Shown here: positions 48,722 to 63,420 of the stretch, in pieces | Layout of the letters: every line of letters begins with the position of its first letter | Position numbering within the stretch: position 1 is the stretch's first letter | Assembly: GCA_012295275.1 (NCBI GenBank) | Contig: CM022667.1 | Location: 15,190,001-15,254,000, forward strand | Direction of reading: 5' to 3' | Origin: Chrysomallon squamiferum | Taxonomy: Eukaryota > Animalia > Mollusca | Length of the DNA stretch: 64,000 nt | Notes under the pieces: model-generated | Told to the model about the DNA's origin: nothing | Seen by the model: only the letters and a program-made list of their open reading frames with translations | Databases searched by the model: none | Made by a program: the position numbers and the translations under genes

Positions 48722-50190
48722 GTACAGAGAGAGAGAAATACAAAGAAAAAGATATTTCGTGATATTTTTATTGTTTAAACGTTTGGTTACATTTACCCAG
48801 TAGAAGTCATTCTTCAGTAAAAGTACAAGTACTGATTTTATTCACCGAACTGAAGAATTCTGTCTTACAAATCTAACTATTTTACTGTATCTTACCATTT
48901 ACAGCGGTTTCACAGTACGGTCCACCGAAACCTGGAGTACAAGTACAATACCCAGCATTCTCAGCAAACCCTCCATTTTTACATCGATTCTGATAAAAAT
49001 TATATTTATTAATTTAATTAAATGCATAATACTTAGTTTTACTGTAAAAATAGAGAAAAAAAATCTTGAGAAATAGCTAAAATTTAGATTCATTTAAAAA
49101 CGTAGATCGACAGTAACAGCTCATGAAAATGATGAAGAAAAAACTGAAAAAGAAAACATAATTATAAACTAAGAAAAACGAAGAAAAGAAGAAAACCCAG
49201 AAAATATAGCGCATCAATCAAGGAATACATTCTTTCATTTATATTTCTAAGTATCTGCCTAGAAATTCTCAGAAATTATTCAGAAAGTTAGCTTCTTAAA
49301 CAACATAAAACTATGCTATATTTTGACGAAAACAATTGTCAACATATGCATAAGAAAATCTTTATAGAAACAAATAAATCACTCAGATTTTTTAAAAGAA
49401 AGAGTTAATTAAAAATGAATGTTTAAATAATTACAGTTTTATACTTCATAAATTCATTAACTACCGCTAGAAGGATTCTCGATTTTTGGTCATTGTTGTT
49501 TCTAGGTTCTATTTATTATTCTTTTTTTTTTTTTTATTTAAATTATTTAAATTATTTCTTTCTGTCTTTCTTTCCTTCTATCTTTCTTTATATTTATTTT
49601 TTTTCCTCTTTATATATTTATTTATCTACTTTTTTATTTTGTTTCAGACGATATAGTTTATTATAATTTACAGTTGAAGATCTTTCCGTCTTAAATACAA
49701 CCTATACTTCTTCATTTTCCTTTCTTTTCTTTCTTCAGAAAATTAAGAACTTATATTTTGAAAAGAAATTGATTTTAAGTTATAGGCTCGTGAACTAAAA
49801 CATTTTAAGTACAATCTAATCTTACCTGAGAGGGAAGTGAAATTTATTTTATTGTATATTTTAAATACTTACCATCCAAAAATATTCACACGAGTCATAC
49901 TCTGGATGCTCAGAACTCTGATAATCTGAAATCATAAAACCAATAAGATGACATTGTGGAGGGCAGATCATCATCGCTACACATCGTTCATCCTCTACAC
50001 AACGTCTAGAACAGTCCAACTTTGTCGCCGTCGTCGTTTTAAATAACTTTTTGGATTTCTCAGAGAAAACGGCTGCTGTGATGTTCTCGTTTTTCATTTC
50101 ATATAAACCACAAGTGGACGATGATGAAATTAATTCGAAGCATGAAACCGAAATAAGAAAACAGACTTCCCAGATGTCGGCCATCATCAT
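47124..50190 (-). CDS. Secreted PAN/Apple-EGF-4x-repeat protein, subfamily B copy 2; exons 50190-49873, 48989-48896, 48532-47124 (606 aa)
   Basis: Same gene structure, canonical splice sites, open frame. Confidence 0.9.
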
Positions 50191-50898
50191 TTACAACGAT
50201 AAATATTAATCTATGTTATAAAGATCGATCTTAAAATATTTATGTAGAGTTCAGATGAAAAGTTTGGAATTCGAAGTCCATTTTAAAGATTTGAATTTGA
50301 TATCGATATTGAAAGATTCAACTTGACTTCTCTGTTCGGCATTTGCGTATGTTGTGAGAAATAATGTTCTTAAGAAAAATTAAAAACTATTTGTAACTAG
50401 GTCGTCTCTGCTCTCGTCAAATGATTTCACAATTTAGTTTCTGTCTGCTGCAAATGAAAACTCCTAAAACGTTTTATCGCCCCTAGTTACAAGAAAATAA
50501 AATGCATAACTAATTAACCGCTAATTGACTTTTGTAAAACCTAACAGTACATTATAGGAAACTTTATAAAAAGTAGCTTCATTTATTTTCTAAATAATTA
50601 AAGAAGCTTAAAAAAAGTACTAATATCTTTATTGATGAAGTCCCATTTGCCACAAGAAGCATCAAACTACCAAAAAGCAAAAGTATTATAAAACAACATT
50701 AACTCGACATCAAACGAGAAAACATTTTAGAAAAACACATTTAGGAAGAAATAGAATGCATTAAAGCAATCATACAAGAAAACAACTTATGATAACATGA
50801 CGGCGGAAAAGTGAAAAAATTGTTTAAATATACGTTCATACTTAATTCACACATACATATTTAATACATACACCCAAACATACAACATGCACACAAAT

Positions 50899-50938
<40 letters not shown>

Positions 50939-50990
50939 TGATAGATAGATAGATAGATAGATAGACAGATAGACAGACAGACAGACAGAC

Positions 50991-51045
<55 letters not shown>

Positions 51046-51136
51046 GGGTAGATAGGTAGATAGATATAAATATTTTGGTTGGTTTTCTATAGATACTTTC
51101 AGTAGTAGTTAATTTACTTCATAGTGTGTGTTTTGA

Positions 51137-51181
<45 letters not shown>

Positions 51182-51307
51182 TTATATAACAGAGGGTAAT
51201 CATCGCCTCCACTTTTTCTTTCGACACGATAGTAGTGTATTTTTCTCAGTGTGTGCATGTGCATGTGTATGTGTGTGCACATATACACACACACACGCAA
51301 ACACACA

Positions 51308-51341
<34 letters not shown>

Positions 51342-51687
51342 ATACATACGTACACCCTGTGTTATAAAATAATTTTTATGAGGCTGTCATTGTGGTTCTG
51401 TGAAAGGTAGTTTCATTTATTTCCTAAATAATTAAATACGCTTAAGAAAAAGTTCCATTTACCACAGGAAGCATAAAATTACCAAAAAGGAAAAGTATTA
51501 CAAAACATCATTAACTCGACGTGAAACGAGAAAATATTTTAGAAAAACACATTAAGCAAGAAAAAGAATGCATTAATGGAATCACACAAGAAAACAACTT
51601 AGCATAACGTGACGGAGGAAAAAGGAAAAAGTGTTTAAATATACATTCATACTTAATTCACACATACATATTTAATACAAACATACA

Positions 51688-51735
<48 letters not shown>

Positions 51736-52388
51736 CAGTATTTCTACACAGCTAGATAGATAAGTAGATAGATAATGTGGTTGGTTGTCTATATATACTT
51801 TCGAGAAAGTAGTAGTGTATTTATATCAGTTTGTGTATGTGCATTTATATTTTTATTTATATATGCACATACACATATACACAAAGAGATACATACTTAT
51901 ACATATACATACATACGTACACCCTCTGTTTTAAAATAATTTTTATGAGGCTGTCATTGTGGTTCTGTGAAGTACGGCCAAATGACTGCTATACATTCGA
52001 GTCCCATTGGCGGCATTTGTCGTTGCGAGGTCGTGACTGACCCTGTGCGTTGTCTACGTAGACGTACAGAAGAATTTTATGAAAAAAGAGAAAGCAGATT
52101 ATTCATTCCTGAATACATACATACATACAAATGTCATCTGAAATGTTGAAGCAATCAAAGAAAAATTAACACGAACTAATAGTAAGAAGAGCACTGTTTA
52201 AATAACATTTATTACCATCATATTAGACAGTGTGATGAAAAATTAAAATAAAATAATTCCTTAATTCATTTACGTTTATATCCAAATCAATTAGTTATTT
52301 TACCGGGTATTTTTTTTTTTTTTTTTTTATTGTTTTTGGTTCTTTCATTGGTTTTATTTTATTTTATTTTATTTTATTTTATTTTATT

Positions 52389-52427
<39 letters not shown>

Positions 52428-52559
52428 TTTTCTTTTTTTTTTTTTATTATTATTATGTTTTTTTTTTTCCGCTGAGAACTAAGAAATAAATTAGAAAGTT
52501 AAATATATTTACAAATTACATTATATATGGTGGTGTATTGGTGAATGCAGGTTTAAAAA

Positions 52560-53028
52560 TATTTACTGTCGATTACTTTGGTAACGGATTTCAACGTTCT
52601 GTGGATTATTTAGCTTGAGCAATACGTGGTGCTCATCGAAGGAGAATAATGTTAATAGATTTGTTTTTAACTATGAATGTTCCGTGTATTCACGAACAGA
52701 ATGACATTGCTTGTTTCCGGCATGTCGAAGAGCCTTTCGACGACAAAGTTTTTAATTCATTTGAAACAGAACGTGAATGATCAAGGTTTGTGTGTAAAAT
52801 AAGGTGGTAGATACAGAGTTGATGAGTTACAAATCTAACAGAGATAGTTCTGAAAGATCCTTTCGTCTGTACCCATCCGTACTATGGCAGATACTTTATG
52901 AACAAATCATAACAACAGAAGTTAACTTTAGAAACATTTATTACACGTACAAGAAAAGTGGAGTCAAAACTGAAGACGTGTGGTTCACAGTCGATGTGTC
53001 TGGATTGTTCAGCTGTGAAATAAAGTAG
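52560..53028 (+). pseudogene. A-type pseudogene fragment (repeats 3-4)
   Basis: RGAHRRRIML...; [18 protein letters not shown]...VWFTVDVSGLFSCEIK, the same frameshifted tail as 37083. Confidence 0.8.
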
Positions 53029-53562
53029 GTCTTTAATTTATCCTATCTTTGTGAAGATCATAATATCTATCAATAAAATTATTTTGCCTTACTGACTATT
53101 CAGACGGATTCAGTTCATTCATTATAATTATGTAGTGTACCTAAAATGAAAACGAATTACGGCAGGAATATTCAGGTCTTAAGCATAACTGATATTTCTT
53201 GTTTTCATTAGTTTCTCTTCTTGTTGTTGTCATGAAATGTTGAAAATTAATTGCTATGAAAACATTTATAAAAAAATAATGATGATAATATTGCAAGTAT
53301 TGTTACTGCTCGTCCTAATTGTAGTACACCTACTAGAGTTCAACTACTACTACTACTGCTGCTACCATTATTATTACTGCCACTACTCTAATAAAAATAC
53401 GGACATCAGTATCAACAACAACAATAATAATTAAAATATCAAAGTCAACAAAACAATAAAAACAATAGCAGAAACAACATGTATCTGAACATATAATCTG
53501 TATTATGAAGGGAAATAGTGCTGAAGTAGTAGTTATTTAACGATATAATATTACTTCGAATG

Positions 53563-53825
53563 GTGATTGCGTCTTCCTAGTTTATCCATGAACAGCTTTA
53601 TGAGATTCAGCTCTGGAGATATACCTGTGGATGATGTAGAGTCAGAAAATCAGCACACACTCCGGAAACATGCCGTCGTGCGTTGCCGTCTTTGAAAATC
53701 ATGTGTGGATGATGTGGCGTGTGCGGGATCAAAACTGGTGCGATTTGTGTTTCGTCATCACGTGACATGCAGAAATCGACGCGATAAGCTCGTGTAGTGC
53801 GTGACAGTGTGTACCAAGTACTGAC
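53563..53825 (-). mobile_element. Tc1/mariner DDE remnant (co-duplicated)
   Basis: FKDGNARRHVSGVCADFL. Confidence 0.75.
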
Positions 53826-54236
53826 ACTCATTTTTCTTTGTATTTAAATGGAATACCAAAAATAATATCTTCAAGATTATTACGTCTGTTCAAAAGGTGA
53901 TATAGTAGTATCTGTTTTAAAATATTTGATAATATTATGGTATATCACTGAAGTTGATATTATAATCTCTCTAATAGAAAACTAGATATACAAATGTATT
54001 TTATTTTTATTAGAATATTTGCAATATTATTATCTATATTACCATACTTCCTATGTTACTATTTAAAAAAAAGAAAACTGATTGACATATTAATATTTCT
54101 ATTAGGGTAGTTGAAACATTTTATTTCTCTTGTCTCAGAAATATTATTTTCTGTGAGTATTGCTTGTACCACGATTCTAAAATAGAAATGCATTTAAATG
54201 TTGATATTGCCAAATATGCCATGCCATTCGAATCTA

Positions 54237-55693
54237 TTACATCTGAACAAACCATGTAAATTTTTTTACATCTAGGACTTCTTCTGTTAATGTAGAGTCC
54301 AGCTGCAAGTTGGTGTACTCGATCGTTGTGAAAGATCCACTGGTCGATATAATGGCTGACAGCAGCTGATAATCCGATGAAAAAGTCTCAGTACCATAAT
54401 GAACCCTGGTTTGGTAAATCACTTCAGCAGTAACGTTACCGTCGGGTGACAACTCTAAATGATCGACATCATATATTCTAAGCCCGCCATCTTGAGATTC
54501 GACTACGATACGGACAGAGGCGCCGTTGAGAATCCTTTCTCGCAGACTTCCAAGCGATCCATTCTCAATTTCTCCGTACTCGCTTACAACCAAAGCTTCA
54601 TTCCATGTACGTGTATCTGTAAACCAATCTATTCGGGTTCGATTTTCGTACATTCCAGATCCCACGCCCGTCTCATATGTGGAAAGAAAAGTCTGCAGGC
54701 GACCATCTGAAAACGCCAATTTTCTTTCATCTTTTCCAGATTGGACGAAATGTTTTATTTGTCCTGAAGAATCGAACGCATTGGCCCCAGCAGGTTGCAT
54801 CATATACTCTAGGCTCACTGTTATGTTTTCATGAAGAATGTAGACGACCTTTGTTGCTGAAGCAATGTCATCTGTGACAATCCTCAGTCGATGACCACGA
54901 AGCAAATATTGAATTAAAGCTGTAACCGATCCGGACAGCACTCTTCCAGATTCGTCTACAGAATATACTTTAACCCAGCAGCTATCAGTGCACCAAGTGT
55001 GAGGTATTTTGTCTGACGAAGTAGAAGCTGAGGTTTCAATTCCAATCTGCCGTCGAAGGACTCGCTTCATCCCAGATGTGTCGACTCTGTATATGTACCA
55101 CTGCGGTGTGCTTTTGAAATTCGCATACGTTGAAGATGTGTCTGTCTCCACACTAAAAACAGTCTCCGCGATAGATTTTGTATCTTTTGAGATAAACACG
55201 GCTTTTGATAACATTAATGCTGATCCTTCTTTTATTCTGGAAGTCAACAGATTAATATCACCTTCAAGAACTGATCCATTTCCGCTATTAATAAAACATG
55301 GTTCCCCATCTGAGAAATCTTTGACAAACCACTTGACTGTGATTTCACTCGTGACAGACTCTGGTATATCGGCAAACATCATTGTTTGATATTTACTGTC
55401 TAAAATGGCATAGAAAACGCTGGATATATCGACGGTGGATATGTCCCAAGATGATTTCTTAAGATGATAGAGAGACAGAGTCAGTGTTTTGTTTCCGCGA
55501 ACTTCGGCAAAGTCGATGGAGTGGATTTTAGTTCCATTAATAACAGCCTTGAATTTAGCTTTGCATGGCTGGCTTACTACAGATCGAAACTGCTCCAACG
55601 TTTGAGAATTTCCAGTTTCATGGATAAGCCGCCACTGATTAGAGCATGTATCTGTCCAAAAAAATAAAATAGAATAATAAATGAATGTGTATG

Positions 55694-55739
<46 letters not shown>

Positions 55740-57280
55740 GTGTTTCTACGTGTGTGTCTGAGTGTGTGTGTATAATATATACATGCATGCAGAGAGAGAG
55801 AAAAAAATCAGAGACGCAGAGAGAGAAAATAGAAAGACAAAATCTTTCTTGATACTTTTATTGTTTAAACGTTTGATTACATTTACCCAATAGAAGTCAT
55901 TCTTCAGTAAAAGCACAAGTACTGATTTTATTCACTGAACTGAAGAATTCTGTCTTACAAATCTGACTATTTTACTCTATCTTACCATTTACAGCGGTTT
56001 CACAGTACGGTCCACCGAAACCTCGAGTACAAGTACAATACCCAGCATCCTCAGCAAAGCCTCCGTTTTTACATCTATTCTGATAAAAATTATATTTATT
56101 AATTGAAATAAATGCATAATACTTAGTTCTACTGTAAAAACAGAGAACAAATTCTTGAAAAATAGCTAAAATTTAGATTCATTTAAAAACTTTAATCGAC
56201 AGTAACGTGTGATAAAAATGATAAATAAAAAAACCGAGAAAGAAAACATAATAATAAAGTAAAAAGAAGAAAGAAAGAAAAAAAAAATCCCAGAAAAAGC
56301 CCGCATCAACCAAGGAATACATTCTTTCATTTATATTTCTAAGTATCTGCCTAGAAATTCTCAGAAATTATTTAGAAAGTTAGCTTCTTAAAGAACATAA
56401 AACTATGCTATATTTTGACCAACAAAATTGTGAACGTATGCATAAGAAAAAATCTTTATAGAAACAAGTAAAGCACTTACAATTTTTCATAGAAAGAGTT
56501 AGTTAAAAATGAATGTTTAAATAATTACAGTTTTATTCTTCATAAATTCATTATTTACCGCTTGATGGATTATCGATTTTTGGTCATTGTTGTTTCTTGG
56601 TTCTTTTTTTATTCTTTTTTTTTACTTTTTTATTTAAATTATTTCTCTGTGTCTTTCTTTCCTTCTATCTTTCTTTATTTCTTTTTTTCCTCTTTATATA
56701 TTTATTTATCTACTTTTTTATTTTTATTTCAGACGATATAGTTTATTATAATTTACAGTTGAAGATCTTTCCGTCTTAAATACAACCTATACTTCTTCAT
56801 TTTCCTTTCTTTTCTTTCTTCAAAAAATTAAGAACTTATATTTTAAAAAGAAATTGATTTTAAGTAAAGTTATATGCTCGTGAACTAAAACATTTTAAAT
56901 ACAATCTAATCTTACCTGAGAGGGAAGTGAAATTTATTTTATTGTATATTTTAAATACTTACCATCCAAAAATATTCACACGAGTCATACTCAGGATGCT
57001 CAGAACTCTGATAATCTGAAATCATAAAACCAATAAGATGACATTGTGGAGGGCAGATCATCATCGCTACACATCGTTCATCCTCGACACAAAGTCTAGA
57101 ACAGTCCAACTTCGTCGCCGTCGTCGTTTTAAATAACTTTTTGGATTTCTCAGAGAAAACGGCTGTTGTGATGTTCTCGTTTTTCATTTCATATAAACCA
57201 CAAGTGGACGATGATGAAATTAATTCGAAGCATGAAACCGAAATAAGAAAACAGACTTCCCAGATGTAGGCCTTCATCAT
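54237..57280 (-). CDS. Secreted PAN/Apple-EGF-4x-repeat protein, subfamily B copy 3; exons 57280-56963, 56079-55986, 55651-54237 (608 aa)
   Basis: Same gene structure, canonical splice sites, open frame. Confidence 0.9.
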
Positions 57281-57983
57281 TTACAAAGATAGCGGTTAAT
57301 CGATGTTATAAAGATCGATCTTAAAACATTTTACATAGAGTTCAGATGAAAAGTTTGGAATTCTAGGTCGGTTGATATCGATATTGAAAGATTTAACTTG
57401 TCTTCTCTCTTCGGCATTTGCGTATGTTGTGAGAAATATTGTTCTTAAGAAGAATTAAAAAGTATTTGTAACTAGGTCATCTCTGCTCTCGTCAAATTAT
57501 TTCAGAATTTACTTTCAGTGTTCCTGAAACGTTTTGTCACTCCTAGTTACAAGAAAATAAAATGCATAACTAATTAACCACTAATTGACTTTTGTAAAAA
57601 CTAACAGTACATTATAGGAAACTTTATAAAAAGTAGCTTCATTTATTTTCTAAATAATTAAAGAAGCTTAAAAAAATAATAATGTTTTCATTGATCAAGT
57701 CCCATTTGGCACAAGAAGCATTAAATTAACAAAGAGTAAAAGTATTATAAAACAACATTAAGTGGACATAAAACGAGAAAACATTTTAGAAAAACACATT
57801 AAGGAAGAAACAGAATGCATTAAAGCAATCATACAAGAAAACAACTTATGATAACATGACGGTGGAAAAAGGAAAACATTGTTTAAGTATACGTTCATAC
57901 TTGATTCACACATACATATTTAATACATCCACACAAACATAAATCACACACACAAATACACACACACACACTCACTCATATAT

Positions 57984-57984
<1 letters not shown>

Positions 57985-58068
<84 letters not shown>

Positions 58069-58110
58069 GAGAGAGACAGATAGATAGATAGATAGACAGA
58101 TAGGTAGATA
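57985..58110. repeat. (GATA)n tetranucleotide microsatellite
   Basis: Direct reading; homolog at ~50930-51065. Confidence 0.9.
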
Positions 58111-58429
58111 TAAATATTGTGGTTGGTTTTCTATATATACTTTCGACACAGTAGTAGATTATTTACTTCATAGTGTGTGTTGTATGTATGTATTTATGTG
58201 TTTGTGTTGTATGTTTGTGTGTATGTATTAAATATGTATGTGTGAATTAAGTATGAACGTATATTTCAACAATTGTTTCCTTTGTTCGCCGTCATGTGTG
58301 TTTCTGTGTGTGTGTGTATATATATAACAGAGGGTAACCATCGCCTCCACTTTCTCTTTGGACACGATAGTAGTGTATTCATGTCAGTGTGTGTGTATGT
58401 GCGTGTTTCTGTGTGTCCATATATATATA

Positions 58430-58467
<38 letters not shown>

Positions 58468-59251
58468 TATACATATCCATACATACGTACACCCTCTGTT
58501 TTAAAATAATTGTTATGAGGCTGTCATTGTGGTTCTGTGAAGTACGGCCAAATGACTGCTATACATTTGAGTCCCATCGGCGGCATTTGTCGTTGCGAGG
58601 TCGTGACTGACCCTGTACGTTGTCTACGTAGACGTACAGAAGAATTTTATGAAAAAAGAGAAAGCAGATTATTCATTCCTGAATACATAGATACATAAAA
58701 ATGTCGCAGTGTTGAAGCAATCCAAAAAAAATTAACAAGAACTAATAATAAGAAGAACACTGTTTAAATAACATTTATTACCATCATATTATACATGGTG
58801 ATGAAAAAGATAATAATTTCTTAATTCATTTGTGTTTTTATCCAATTCAATTAGCTATTTTACTGGGTTTTTTTTTTTTTTTTTTTTTATTGTTGTTGGT
58901 TCTTTCATTGGTTTTATTTTATTTTATTTTATTTTATTTTATTTTATTTTATTTTATTTATTTATTTATTTATTTTTTTTTTTTTTTTATTATTATTATT
59001 ATGTTGTTGTTTTTCTGGGGTTTTTTCCGCTGAGAACTTAGAAAGAAATGAGAACGTTAAATATATTTATCTGTTTCCGCAAACGTAAATGTTGCCATAG
59101 GCATGATAACAATGTAATCAAGTCAACAATGTTATGACGTCAGCCGTATTTACCACAAATGGAAATAACAGAACAGTTACAAGTAAAATTAATTTTAAAA
59201 GGAAGGTTTTCAAATACCAACAACATTTTATTATTGATATTGTTATTATTA

Positions 59252-59309
<58 letters not shown>

Positions 59310-60078
59310 ATTTGTTTGCTTGTTTCTTTAAATAGAATTAACAGGAAAACTCCTGAAAGACTTTGTCAACGATCGGCTTCACGTAACGATCGGTTGTAAT
59401 GTAGATCGATAAGGTGTATGTCAGCTAGCTGCAGTTAAAATGTTTCGAGATAATGTGTTTGTCTGTCTGTGCGTGTACCTATATGTGTGTGTGTGTGTGT
59501 TTTTGTGTGTGTATGTATGTATGTGTGGGTATATGTGTGTTGTGTGCGTTCGATTGTTGTGCATGTTTTGTGTGTGTGTGTGTTTGTGTGTGTGATTGTG
59601 TGTGTGTGAGAAACCTGTCTGCTGAACTTTTTTTCGATAGATCGCCTACATAATAATAAATGTGTGTCTGAATCACTTTTTGAAAACAGTATATAAAAAT
59701 TATGCATTTGTGATATTTTATTGATAACACTTCGTAAAGAGAGTGTTAGTAGTAGTAGTAGTAGTATTTTAGTTTTGCATCACCTTATTTTTATTCGTTA
59801 CAACAAATTTCCTTTCTAGAATGAAATGTTCATTGGAACTTTTTTTAATTTTGTATTTTATTCTTAGCTTTCGGGTTTTTTTTTTTTTTTTTTATCTGTT
59901 GTTGGAAAGAGTCAATTTTATAATCATAAATAGTTTTCTAACGATTGTTTTTGTAAACGTTTTCAACATATTGATAACAATTTACACTGCAACACTAACA
60001 ATAGTTCTGTTGTATGATTCAGCTTGAAGTCTAATTTATTATACGTTATTTATTTAATTTATGGTTGTATTTAGACAG

Positions 60079-60640
60079 ATTCATGTTACGACGTGTGGAA
60101 ACTAATCTACGACAATGATACTTCTGAATAAATCAAAACTGGTTGACTGCTATAAAGAAACCTTGCAAGCCAACTATTAGAGTTATTACTGAAGGTAAAA
60201 AACAGCTATTCGACCAGAAAGATTACTTTTTCTTATAAACAGTTATACCAGGCAGCCAGCCTTATCACCATCTCAGTAAATCTTCATGGTGTACTGTTGA
60301 CAGTGTGCTAAAGACAATCTTCCGAATTAACAACGGTTAATATAACACAGCTTTGAACTTCGAAATTAGGGGACCAGAGTTAAATATCATCAAGGAAGAA
60401 ATGAAAGCCAAGTTTTACATGAAAGATTTCTCTTGCGGTCACCTTCAGTGGGAACAGAGAATACAGGACATGTTCGTGAAGGAAATTTATCAAACATTGT
60501 ATAAGGATTGGAAGTAACGTCAAAAAAAGTTATTCTTCAACGAGCAAAGCAGAAACATAATGATTTTTTATTCTAATTTTCTATTATTATTATATTTATT
60601 ATTATTATTATTATTACTATTTTATTATTATTATTATTAC

Positions 60641-60701
<61 letters not shown>

Positions 60702-61347
60702 CAAATACTGCAGACATCTTCTGATGCATTCCTCTCGTTTAGAAAACCTCTTTATTGGTACCTGCCTAGAAAAATAAATGACAGATCGACCCGTTATCAA
60801 AAGAAAAGCATTATCCACGGAATGTCCGTGAAAAGAACATTTAAAAATTGGTTTACTGGTGATTGCAGGCTTAAAAATATTCACTGTCGATTAGTTTAGT
60901 AAAGGATTTCAAGGTTCTGTAGATGATTTAGCTAGAGCGATACATGGTCCTCATTGACGAAGAATAATGTTAAAAGGTTTGTTTTTAACTATCTATGTTG
61001 CGTATATTCATGAACAGAATGACATTGCTTATTTTCGGGATGTCAAAGAGCCTTTCGACGTCAATGTTTTTAATTCATCTGAAACAGCACGTAATGTTCA
61101 AGGTTTTCTGTATAAAATATGGTGGCGAGATACAGAGTTGATGAGTCACAAATCTAACAGAGATGGTTCTGAAAGATCCTTCCTTCCGTACCCATCCGTA
61201 CTACGGCAGATATTATATAAACGAATCATAACAACAGAAGTTAACTTTAGAAACATTTATTACACGTACAAGAAAAGTGGAGGCAAAACTGAAGACGTGT
61301 GGTTCACAGTCGTTGTGTCTGGTTTGTTCAGCTGTGAAATAAAGTAG
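60079..61347 (+). pseudogene. Most complete A-type exon-3 pseudogene in the B array
   Basis: DSCYDVWKLIYDNDTSE-stop, HLSKSSW, GPELNIIKEEMKAKFYMKDFS, DDLARAIHGPH-stop, [10 protein letters not shown]; interrupted by an (ATT)n/poly-T run at ~60580-60700. Confidence 0.85.
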
Positions 61348-62587
61348 GTCTTTAAATTATCCTATCTTTGTGAAGCTAATAATATCTATCAATAAAATTA
61401 TTCTGCTTTACTGACTATCCAGACGGATTCAGTTCATTCATTATAATTATGTAGTGTACCTAAAATGAAAATGAAGTACGGCAGGAATGTTCAGTTCTTA
61501 AGCATAACTGATATTTCTTGTTTTCATTAGTTTCTCTTCTTGTTGTTGTCTTGTAATGTTCAAGGTTAATTGCTTTGAAAACGTCTATAAAACATAATGA
61601 TGATAATATTGCAAGTATTGTTACTGCTCGTCCTAATTCTACTACACCTACTAGACTGCTACAACCACTACTATAATAAGAATACCGACATCAGTAGCCA
61701 CCAAAACAATAGCAGTAACAACGTGTATATGAACACATAATCTGTATTATGAAGGGAAATAGTGCTGAACTAGTAGTTATTTAATGATGTAATATTATTT
61801 CGAAAAGTCAAACAGATCAGCCGGTTCCGAAAGGAAAATCTTTCTAAATAAACCTAAGTTCAGATTCTTAATATAGTTTTGTTGTATAAAACGATTTTCT
61901 TCATTTATCTTTTTTCTTTCTTTTTTTCCCCCTCTTCCTTTTACAGGATCATTCCAACAAAATAATTTTTCTTCTCGTAATAAAGTATTATTAGTGGTGG
62001 ACCCAATTCTGGGACAGCAACTAGACTGCTACAACTACTAGTGTTGTTGCTTATTATTACTACTACTACAATAATAAGAATACCGACATCAGTAGCAACA
62101 ACAACAATAATAACAATAATATCAAAATCAAGAAAACAACGAAAGCAAGTTCAGTAGTAGCATGTATATGAATATATTTTGAAGAGAAACAGTGCTGAAA
62201 TAGTAATTATTTAACGATATAATATTATGTTCGAATACTCGAACAACAAGTTCCGAAAAGATAAACGTTTGAAATCCATATTAAAGAATAAATCTATATT
62301 GAAATTCTTACTGAAATTTTGTTGTATAAAACGATTAATTTCATTTAACTCTTTTTTTTTTCTTTTCCTTTTAGGGTATCATTTAAAAGAAGACTTTTTT
62401 TTTATCATAATAACATTTGGTTGCAGGTTATAATTACTACTTCCACTATTACTATTTTCTTGCTATTATACAATACAGATCCAGAAATATAAGCTTTTAT
62501 TTAATTTCTCATCTTATGCTAAACCATGACCCTTCCCTAAAACCAAAATTCCAATGATTAAAGAAGGAAGGAAAAGAAAGTGATCAA

Positions 62588-62980
62588 CATTATAACATCG
62601 GGACGTGCTCGTCACCGCCATTGATCCAGGCTTCACGTCGGAGTCTCATCGAATGAATGTTCCTGCTCAAGGCTGTATTGGAGCTGTTCAGTGACAATGA
62701 TTCACTCGAGTGATTGCGTCTCCCTAGTTTATCCATCAGCTTCTTTTTGGGATTCAGCTCTGGAGATATTTCTGGCCAGGGCATCAACTATCGATGATGA
62801 AGAGTCATAAATTCAGAACACACTCTGGAAACCTTTGGCCGAGCGTTGCTATCTTTGAAAATAATGGTGTGGATGATGTGCCGTGTGCGTAATTAAGACT
62901 GGTGCGAATTGTTTTTCATCATCACGTGACATGCAGAAATCAGCGCAATAATCTCCTGCAGTGAGTGATATTGTATATCA
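62588..62980 (-). mobile_element. Tc1/mariner DDE C-terminal remnant
   Basis: MPWPEISPELNPKKKLMDKLGRR...HSMRLRREAWINGG, matching the Tc1 WP..SPDLNPIE motif. Confidence 0.85.
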
Positions 62981-63420
62981 AGTAATGACTGTCATATTTC
63001 TTTGCATACTAAAAATAAAATCTTCAAGATTATTACCTCTGTTCAAAAGCTGATATAGTATTATCTGTATTAAAATATTTGATATTATTGTTTTATATAC
63101 CACAAAACATGTTATTATAATTTGTCTAATAGAAAACCAGATATACCAATGTATTTTATTTTTATTAGAATACTTGCTATATTATTATCTCTATTACCAT
63201 AGTTCCTATATTATTATCTATATTATCATACTTTCTATATTACTACATTTATTTAAAAAACGACTGACATATTAATATTTCTATTAGGGTAGTTGATACA
63301 TTTTCTTGGTTATCTCATTAGAAATATTATTTTCCGTGAGTATTGCTTCTTGCCTGACTCAAAGTTAGAAATATATTTAAATCTTGATGTTACCAAACTT
63401 TCCATCCCACTCCGATTCTT

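Noticed and set aside
47124-48743. N-terminal extensions of the 539-aa and 495-aa ORFs (IYIYIY...)
   Set aside because: Intronic microsatellite read-through; the real exons start at the AG acceptors (48532, 40571).
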